Shown here: positions 57,254 to 64,000 of the stretch, piece by piece
Numbering within the stretch: position 1 is the stretch's first letter
Layout: the number at the start of each line of letters is the position of its first letter
DNA from: Armatimonadota bacterium
GTDB taxonomy: Bacteria; Armatimonadota; SYMT01
Reading direction: 5' to 3'
Length of the DNA stretch: 64,000 nucleotides
NCBI GenBank assembly: GCA_046292385.1
Contig: JBKBRF010000026.1
Span: 33,023-97,022 of the forward strand
Notes under the pieces: model-generated
Seen by the model: only the letters and a program-made list of their open reading frames with translations
Database searches by the model: none
Told to the model about the DNA's origin: nothing
Program-made: the position numbers and the translations under genes

Positions 57254-58111
57254 TTAACCTGGAACAGCGAGCTCTCCGCTCTCGATTGTCCGCCCTCCGT
57301 GTTCCAGGAACGCGGGTCGGTCGAGGTGGAGCGTGAGGCACTTGGCGCTGCCGCCCGCTTTCAGGAACTCGTCGAGCGGCGTGGCGTGGGGGACGAAGCC
57401 GCGCTCTCGGAGCTGCGCTTCGAACTGCGGACAGCCGGTGTTGAGCGCCACGTGGCGGCCGAGGACCAGCGCGTTGCAGGCGAAGCGCTGCGCCTCGTCC
57501 GGCACCACCTCGACTGTCTCCCGTGCGTTGGCGCGGATCACCTCGCGGCCGTAGTCGTCGAACGCACCGGGATAGTAGGCGACCGTTTCCGCGTCGAGCG
57601 GGCAGAAGCAGGTGTCGAGGTGGTAGAAGTGCGGGTCGACGAGCCGCAGCGAGAGGGTGCGCACCCCCAGGATCTCCTCCACCGCCCGGTGGGCGCGGAC
57701 GTCGGTGCGCCACTGGTACCCGGCGAAAAGCGTGTCGTCCAGGAAGAGCGCGTCGCCCTCGCCTTCGAAGAAGCAGTCGGCGGGCAGCTCCACCACCCGG
57801 AAGCTGCGCTCCGCGAACCAGCGCGCGAAGTGCGGCGCCTCGCCCTGGCGCTCCAGGTGCCGGAAGCGGCTGACGATGGCGGTCTCTCCCAGCACCAGGC
57901 CGGCGTTGGCGGTGAAGACCATGTCCGGCAGCCCCGGCTGCGGCTCCGCCAGGTGGACTACCGCCCCCATCTCCTCCGTGAGCACCCGGCGGAGGCCCTC
58001 CCACTGGCCGGCCGCCGCCTCCTGCGAGACGGCGCGGACCCGGTTCATCCAGGGGTTGATCTCGTACGCCACCGTGTAGTGGGCCGGCGGGACCATCAGG
58101 AGCTCGCGCAT
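57254..58111 (-). CDS. amidinotransferase/pentein-fold enzyme (arginine dihydrolase-like)
   Basis: INPWM, DMVFTAN, FEGEGD, YHLDT, GGSAKCL motifs. Confidence 0.9.
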   Translation of the reverse strand: MRELLMVPPAHYTVAYEINPWMNRVRAVSQEAAAGQWEGLRRVLTEEMGAVVHLAEPQPGLPDMVFTANAGLVLGETAIVSRFRHLERQGEAPHFARWFAERSFRVVELPADCFFEGEGDALFLDDTLFAGYQWRTDVRAHRAVEEILGVRTLSLRLVDPHFYHLDTCFCPLDAETVAYYPGAFDDYGREVIRANARETVEVVPDEAQRFACNALVLGRHVALNTGCPQFEAQLRERGFVPHATPLDEFLKAGGSAKCLTLHLDRPAFLEHGGRTIESGELAVPG

Positions 58112-58204
58112 GGTACTATCCTACCCGCGCGAGCTCGCGGTGTTCATCAGAGCGCCCGCAGCCCGCCACACCGACAACTGAATCGCGTGCTGCCGTGGCG
58201 GACT

Positions 58205-58465
58205 CTAACGCCGGTCCTTTGGCCGCCTCGAAGCCTTGCGCTGTGGAGTGGATCTCCACACACCCGCGAGACATGCCGGGACGATGACTACGGAGAGGAA
58301 GCGCAGCTCGGCGGATAGTCGGGCGTCGCTGGTCAACAGAGACATGAGCAAGAGTCCGAATCCCGCTGCGGCGCCGAGCGGTCCTACCTTGCGTGAGAAA
58401 ACACCCCATCCCGCGAACAGCAGTATTCCGATAATCGAAAAGTAGACGGCGTGATCGGTGCTCAT
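58205..58465 (-). CDS. small hypothetical membrane protein
   Basis: 86 aa with three hydrophobic stretches; lower-GC codon usage. Confidence 0.45.
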   Translation of the reverse strand: MSTDHAVYFSIIGILLFAGWGVFSRKVGPLGAAAGFGLLLMSLLTSDARLSAELRFLSVVIVPACLAGVWRSTPQRKASRRPKDRR

Positions 58466-58520
58466 AGAGCTTAGTCTGTGAAGTGATTCCGTACGCGGGA
58501 AGTTCTGCGGGATTCGCGCC

Positions 58521-58571
58521 TCGGACTAAAGTCGAGGCTACTGAGAGCGAAGCCCGCCTGCGCGGGCTCAG
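58521..58571. repeat. REP-like element
   Basis: Reverse complement of the element at 13933-13981. Confidence 0.75.
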
Positions 58572-58651
58572 ACCTACCGGTCCGGAAAAACTCCGCAACG
58601 GCTCAGAACTCTCACGTCTGTTATAGGAGTTCGCAGAGATCGATACCGAGA

Positions 58652-59074
58652 TCAGTCAGTGGGACTGGCTGGGTCAGACAACCGGGAGAAAGGGTTTTCG
58701 ACCAATGATTTGCGTTCAACCTCGCTGCGCCTCCCGTCATCAATCCCAATCTCGCGCTCAACTTGTCGGGCGAAGTCGGACCGATACCGATCCTTCAGAT
58801 CTCGGTCCACCGGAGCTCCGGACAGCTCATCGAGACGCAATCGATAGAGCCGAATGCCACTCGCACCGAGCGCGCCGACACTCGGCTCCAGTGCTGTCAG
58901 CACGCTGCGCACCCAGTCCAGGCCGAGCGCTTCCCAACGATGCACCATTAGCAAGACTACTGTCATTCCGTGGCGCGAGGAGAAGAACGCGGAACTGACT
59001 CGCGGATGCATCAATACCCGTTCCAGGTAGCGGGTGAACTCCTGATAGCGGCCTCGTGAGAGTAGGCTGCCCAT
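58652..59074 (-). CDS. hypothetical protein
   Basis: ATG preceded by GAGGAGAGG; atypical codon usage. Confidence 0.5.
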   Translation of the reverse strand: MGSLLSRGRYQEFTRYLERVLMHPRVSSAFFSSRHGMTVVLLMVHRWEALGLDWVRSVLTALEPSVGALGASGIRLYRLRLDELSGAPVDRDLKDRYRSDFARQVEREIGIDDGRRSEVERKSLVENPFSRLSDPASPTD

Positions 59075-59206
59075 CCTCTCCTCGAGTTGCTCCCCGCGCT
59101 TCGTACCGGAGAGGCTTCTTGCTTTACTCTGGTGAGACACCGCTGCAATACCTCGCGCTTGCGTTTCGGACCGCCTGGTCGGCGGTCACCTTCTTCAGGA
59201 TCCGGC

Positions 59207-60427
59207 TCAGCGTGGGTCGAGGTGCCCCAGCAGCTCGTGGAAGAACGGCTCTACGTCGGTGACGATGCCGACGGCCTGGAAGCTCCCGCGGTCGGCGAGC
59301 TTGGTGACGACCCCGGCGTTGATGTCGACGCAGGCGATGCGGCAGGTGGCCGGCAGCAGGTTGCCGGTGGCGATGCTGTGGAGCATCGTGGCGACCATCA
59401 GCGCGAAGCCGACGTCGTGGACCTTCTCCGCCATCGTGAGCTGGGCCTGGATCACGTCGGTAATCACCTCCGGCAGCGGGCCATCGTCCCGCACGCTGCC
59501 GCCGAGGACGAAGTCGACCCCGTGCCGGACGCAGGCGTGCATGATCCCGCCTTTCAGGAGGCCCTGCTCCACGGCGGGCCGGATGCCGCCCGCGGCGCGG
59601 ATCCGGTTGATGGCGTGGAGGTGGTGCTGGTGGCCCGATTCCATGGGGTAGCCGTGCTCCAGGTGCACGCCCAGGGCGGTGCCGTAGAGGTCCCGCTCGA
59701 TGTCGTGCACCGCCAGCGCGTTGCCGGCGAAGAGGCGCTGCACGTAGCCGAGCTCGATCAACCGCACCACGTGCGGCACCGCGCCGGTGTGTACCACCGC
59801 CGGTCCCGCCACCAGGAGCAGCTTCTTCCCCGCGTCGCGCAGCTCGCGCATCGTCTCCGCGACGGCGCGGATGGCGACCGACTTCGGCTTCTCCGCGGAG
59901 ACGTCGCTCGCCATGAACTCGAAGGCGTCCCGCTTCCGCACGTCCCGCTGCAGGTGCTCCACGCGCGTGCCGCGGTGCCCCACCACCACGCGGTCCCCGG
60001 CGCGGACCTCCGGAAACCGTACCGAGCGGGCGGTCCGGGCCTGGGGATCCACCACCACGCCGCAGTCCATCCGCACCGGGTGGACCGGCAGCCAGTCGCC
60101 GCCGTGCCGCACCGCGCTGGGATGGTTGCTGGTAACGTAGAAGCCGTCCGGGAACACTCCGTCCGCCGGGGCCGGCTCCAGGCGCACGTCGCCCGCGTCG
60201 ACCAGTTCCGCGCCGTGCTCCTGGACCCGCTGCAGGATCTCCTCCAGTAGCGGGGGGTTCTCCGCCTCGATCCGGATACGGGCGTAGCTCGGGTCCTCCC
60301 GCCGCCGCCCCACGGTCAGCTCCTCGATCTCGAAGCGCGCGTCGCGCCCCGTGATCTCGTCCAGCACCCGCGGCAGCAGGAGCGAATCGACGATATGTCC
60401 GCGCAGCTCGACCTTTTCGGAGATCAT
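59207..60427 (-). CDS. TIGR00300 / LOR-SDH bifunctional family (ornithine cyclodeaminase-like)
   Basis: GHIVDS, DGVFPDGFY.TSNH, RMDC, FEFM.S.VS.EKP, GPAVVH, GNALAVHD, RDDGPLP, TMLHSIA, KL.DRG. Confidence 0.9.
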   Translation of the reverse strand: MISEKVELRGHIVDSLLLPRVLDEITGRDARFEIEELTVGRRREDPSYARIRIEAENPPLLEEILQRVQEHGAELVDAGDVRLEPAPADGVFPDGFYVTSNHPSAVRHGGDWLPVHPVRMDCGVVVDPQARTARSVRFPEVRAGDRVVVGHRGTRVEHLQRDVRKRDAFEFMASDVSAEKPKSVAIRAVAETMRELRDAGKKLLLVAGPAVVHTGAVPHVVRLIELGYVQRLFAGNALAVHDIERDLYGTALGVHLEHGYPMESGHQHHLHAINRIRAAGGIRPAVEQGLLKGGIMHACVRHGVDFVLGGSVRDDGPLPEVITDVIQAQLTMAEKVHDVGFALMVATMLHSIATGNLLPATCRIACVDINAGVVTKLADRGSFQAVGIVTDVEPFFHELLGHLDPR

Positions 60428-60937
60428 GGTGGGCCTCCCACCTCTATTATCTCCAGCCTCCTCCAATCGAGACGAGCCCGGGCCGGAAGGGACGCCCCAT
60501 GGGCGCTTCAACGGCCGGTTTCAGCCTTGGCAGCCGGGAGGGGGAGGGCGGGCGCACCGCAATTCGTCCGCCGCTCCCCGCCCTAAGGCCGGTCGAAGTG
60601 CAATCAGTGAAACTTCGACTGGCCGGGGAGCACTCAACCTGCGACAATCCCCCGCTGTAACCGGTGTGAAAGGTTGCGGAATCGTGGCAAACCGCCCCCT
60701 GATGGCCTGTACGCCAAGGAAGCGGGTCATCCGGGGGCGGTTGCGCTCGTACGACCGGCGCTCGCGGAGGTGGAAACCAGGGCTTCGAGCCCCGAATAGG
60801 CGTGCTTTCGTATCGCCTGCAAACAAACGCCCGGGGCACAACAACGTTGCAATCTAGATGTTGCGGGAACGCCCGAGAGCTTTGGGGGCCGCGATGGGAC
60901 AATCTAGGTAGCTACGCGTTGAGCGAGCGAGCAACGA

Positions 60938-63388
60938 ATGAAGACCCGATGGAAGCAGATCGCCGCAGTCGTCTGGCTGACGGTTAGCATAATCGGAGCC
61001 CTCCTTCCGGCAACGGCACAGGAGGCACCGGCCCCCGTGCTGCAGCCCGGGATCGTCGTTCGTCGCATCGTGATGAAGGACGCCGCCTCGGCCGAGGCGT
61101 TCAAGACGAAGCTCGAGCAGTTCAAGTCGACCGGCCTCTTCCGGGACGCGCTCCCCAGCTTCGACCCCAAGAAGCCGATCAATACCGAGATCAGCTTCCT
61201 CTCCAGCGGCAACTTCCTGCTGGTGATGGGCAGCCAGGAGTGGGTGGATCGGAACATTGAGGCCGTCCGCCTGATGGGCTTCCTCTTCGATCGGCCCCGC
61301 GCCCACCTGCAGCTCAACCTCCGCGTGGTCCAGCTCACCGGGCCGGCCAACGCGGAAGTGATCCAGATGTCCGAGACGGTGAAGGCGCTGGTCGACTCGC
61401 AGCGGGACGAGGTGGTGCGCGCCTTCGCGGACCTCGGCGACTACCTCCAGACGCGGCTGAAGCAGCGCCAGGGCTCCGAGCGCGCCGTGTTCGAATCGAC
61501 CAAGGAGCTGTTCCCCACGCTGGCGGACGGGACCCGGCCGATGACGGTGCCGGAGATCCTGATGCTCCTGATGCTCGACCGCACCTCGCCGTCGCCGGCC
61601 GCCCTGACGCCCAACATGCAGGCGCCGGAAGCCGACCCGGATTCCGTGCTGCTGGAGCTCTCCCGGGTGCTGGCGCACGTGGCGAAGAACCCGCGCAGCG
61701 ACGATGCCAAGGCGTTCGTGGAGATGCGCGGCGAGCTGGACGCCTGGAAGAAGGTGATCACCGCCGCCCGCGACTGGTGCGCCCACTTCGCCCAGGAGCT
61801 GGACAAGAAGCAGGGCGGCGCCAGCGTGAACGCCTTCCGCGAGGCGCTGGAGCATCCCGGCATTCCGCTCCCGGGCTGGATCGCCCGCCGGATGAAGCGC
61901 TCGCTGGAGCTGACCGACCGCCTCTACCCGAACCTGGTGCGCAAGCACACCCACCAGAGCCTGGAAGAGCTGCAGCGCCGGTTCCAGGAAGCGCTGGACC
62001 GGGTTGCCAAGATCGAAACGGCGCTGACGACTCCGGCCGCGGTAGAGCAGCCGAAGAAGGACGCCAAGGACGGAGAGGCGGCGCCGATCCCGATCGACCG
62101 CACCGGCCACAACCTGCTGGCGCTGAAGACGCTGGCGGACGAGATGGTGCCGGCCCCGCTGGCGCTCTTCGAGACGGTGGCGCTCGCCGCGGACAACTCC
62201 GCCCCCACGCCGGAGCAGGTGATCGCGATGTTCTCGCAGTACAGCGCGGAGCGCCGCCGGCTGGACGGCATCCTCTACGGCGAGCTGCCGCCCGGCTCCC
62301 AGGTGAACTATCCGAAGCTGCAGGCGCTGGAATCGGCCCTCAATCTCTGGATGCGCCGGGTGAGCGAGGGGATGGCCCGCGCCCTGGAGTCGCACTTCTA
62401 CCGCCGCTACGTGAACGAGCTGCGCCTACTGGCGAACAAGCAGCTCGGCAAGAGCAGCAACCGCGACCTCCTGCAGGAAGCGAGCATCGACGAGGTGCCG
62501 GACGTTACCCGGGACCTGCTGCTGAACGATACCGGCGTCAACATCTTCGTGACCAACAGCGTGAGCCTGCAGTTCGCGCAGGAGACGATGAACTCGGTCT
62601 CCGCCCAGGTGCAGGCCCAGCTCCCCTCCAAGCAGAGCATCCAGGAGCGGGTGCAGCAGGCGAGCCAGGCCTCCGGCGCTATCAACGCGCTGAGCCAGCA
62701 GTTCGGCATCAACGGCGAGTCGCTGGTCAAGTCGCTCCTCGCGGGGGGGCAGGCGGTACCGGTGCAGAGCGGCATCAACCTGACCGCGACGCCGTCGATC
62801 GGCTTCGACGCCGGCACCGTGGCGCTCACGCTTACCGCCAGCCAGACGCTGCAGCCGAACTCGGACAAGGTCGCGGACCGCGTCACCAACCACAGCATCA
62901 ACAACGCCACGGTCACGGCGCTCTCCTACGAGCCGATGGTGCTCTCCTCGCTCACCAGCAACGTGAGCTACTACGAGAACTCCGGCGGCATCCCGATCAT
63001 CCGCAAGATCCCGATCCTGAAGGACGTGGCGAAGGACATCCCGCTGAAGCCGTTCAAGGAAGGCAAGCGCGAGAAGGGGATCTACCAGAGCAGCGTCATC
63101 ATCCTGGAGCCGGTGGTGATCCCGACGATCGAGGACCTGGTCCGCTTCCACACCGGCTGGCGGGACGAGCTGATCGGCGCGATGATGGGCGGCCCGACGA
63201 AGGTCGACCCGGCCGCGGCCGCCGCCGCGAAGGAAGCTGAAGAGGCCGCCGCGCTCGCCGCCGCCGTCGCCGCGAAGGTGAACGGCGGAGCCGCCCCGGC
63301 CCCGATGATGCCGGCCCCCGCAGCCCCGGCGGCGCCCGCGCCGATGCCGGCCGCGATGCCCGCCCCCGCTGCCCCGCCGAAGCAGTAG
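60938..63388 (+). CDS. large secreted protein with a secretin-like C-terminus
   Basis: Signal peptide; N3-like segment (D.PRAHLQLNLRVVQ); C-terminal GIPIIRKIPIL...VIILEPVVI; Ala/Pro tail. Confidence 0.6.
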   Translation: MKTRWKQIAAVVWLTVSIIGALLPATAQEAPAPVLQPGIVVRRIVMKDAASAEAFKTKLEQFKSTGLFRDALPSFDPKKPINTEISFLSSGNFLLVMGSQEWVDRNIEAVRLMGFLFDRPRAHLQLNLRVVQLTGPANAEVIQMSETVKALVDSQRDEVVRAFADLGDYLQTRLKQRQGSERAVFESTKELFPTLADGTRPMTVPEILMLLMLDRTSPSPAALTPNMQAPEADPDSVLLELSRVLAHVAKNPRSDDAKAFVEMRGELDAWKKVITAARDWCAHFAQELDKKQGGASVNAFREALEHPGIPLPGWIARRMKRSLELTDRLYPNLVRKHTHQSLEELQRRFQEALDRVAKIETALTTPAAVEQPKKDAKDGEAAPIPIDRTGHNLLALKTLADEMVPAPLALFETVALAADNSAPTPEQVIAMFSQYSAERRRLDGILYGELPPGSQVNYPKLQALESALNLWMRRVSEGMARALESHFYRRYVNELRLLANKQLGKSSNRDLLQEASIDEVPDVTRDLLLNDTGVNIFVTNSVSLQFAQETMNSVSAQVQAQLPSKQSIQERVQQASQASGAINALSQQFGINGESLVKSLLAGGQAVPVQSGINLTATPSIGFDAGTVALTLTASQTLQPNSDKVADRVTNHSINNATVTALSYEPMVLSSLTSNVSYYENSGGIPIIRKIPILKDVAKDIPLKPFKEGKREKGIYQSSVIILEPVVIPTIEDLVRFHTGWRDELIGAMMGGPTKVDPAAAAAAKEAEEAAALAAAVAAKVNGGAAPAPMMPAPAAPAAPAPMPAAMPAPAAPPKQ

Positions 63389-63690
63389 CCACGGCGGCGC
63401 CGCCGAATCACAGAGCGCGGGAAAGGTCCCGGTGCCGCGTGCCGGCGGTCAGGGTAGCCGCTCCGAGCCAGGATTCGGAGTGCGGTGGCTCTCGTCACAC
63501 GCTGTAAGGTCAGTGCACTCGGGGCGCAGCGTAGGTTCTGCCGATGAGGACGAGCGGCCCGTCACGTGCCCCTACCTCAGTCATCCTGAGCCGCAGGCAC
63601 GGCCGAAGGCCGACCACCGCCCGAAGAAACGGGAGGTTCCCCCTGCGATCACCGTCATCCACTCCGATCGAGGCCCCTTTCACCGAATTT

Positions 63691-63850
63691 GTCATTCTGA
63701 ACGCAGTGAAGAATCTCGGCAGCCGTGTTGGTCCGGAGTACGCATCCGCGTGACGAGGTCTCGGCCTGGCGAGGCGCTCCCGAACGAAGGGGCTCATCGT
63801 GGTTACCGAAGAGTCGAGTGACGTAGATCCTTCCCTGCGGTCAGGATGAC
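63691..63850. repeat. REPIN/MITE-like element, copy 2
   Basis: Collinear homolog of 29-187 with the same terminal inverted repeats. Confidence 0.85.
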
Positions 63851-63900
63851 CGTCGGGAGCGGAGTCGTGCTCGCGTTGGGCTAACCCAAGTTCCGCAGTT

Positions 63901-63932
63901 GGTGGTGGCAGATTACTGCCACCACCTTTTTT
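63901..63932 (+). terminator. intrinsic terminator
   Basis: GGTGGTGGCAG-ATTA-CTGCCACCACC-TTTTTT. Confidence 0.8.
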
Positions 63933-64000
63933 CGTGCCTGACTGGCGGTTGCGCTACGAGGTCTCCACCGAGTTACAGGCATGGCTGCCGCCGCATTGCC

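Noticed and set aside
60620..60730. CCCCCGCTGTAA and GGCAAACC resembling cobalamin or c-di-GMP-I riboswitch fragments
   Set aside because: The B12 box and the GEMM GNRA/receptor stems are absent.

Overview
A GC-rich bacterial chromosomal window, probably Armatimonadota-like or PVC-like, judged from the DUF1559 prepilin-type gene, the DUF1080 gene and the repeat-filled spacers. It holds about 58 CDS and one tRNA-Gln. Modules: trpD-trpC; a PIN toxin-antitoxin pair; a thrC-like/MoaD/NIL sulfur-carrier module facing a Cys/Met PLP enzyme; an arginine decarboxylase-DHS/homospermidine synthase-agmatinase operon; a stress/NHEJ region (split LigD, Ku, DUF892, DUF4142, orphan N6 MTase); metG and corA; an Rrf2-DUF2292(YezD/OscA)-sulfonate ABC-DUF1559 operon; a split ArgZ-like arginine catabolic pair; and a secretin-like gene. 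The strongest novel signal is a 23-nt hairpin, GGCUGAC-NN-GACGAC-N'N'-GAGGCC, present twice in the sulfur operon. Its two copies differ only by compensatory changes, and each overlaps the 5' arm of an intrinsic terminator. This suggests a protein-dependent antitermination system, possibly driven by the DUF2292 protein. Also present: an 82-bp MITE with a TTA duplication, REP/REPIN-like elements, many fold-back short-tandem-repeat spacers, and structured leaders upstream of the polyamine and KimA-like genes. All calls come from reading motifs by eye; no database search was run.
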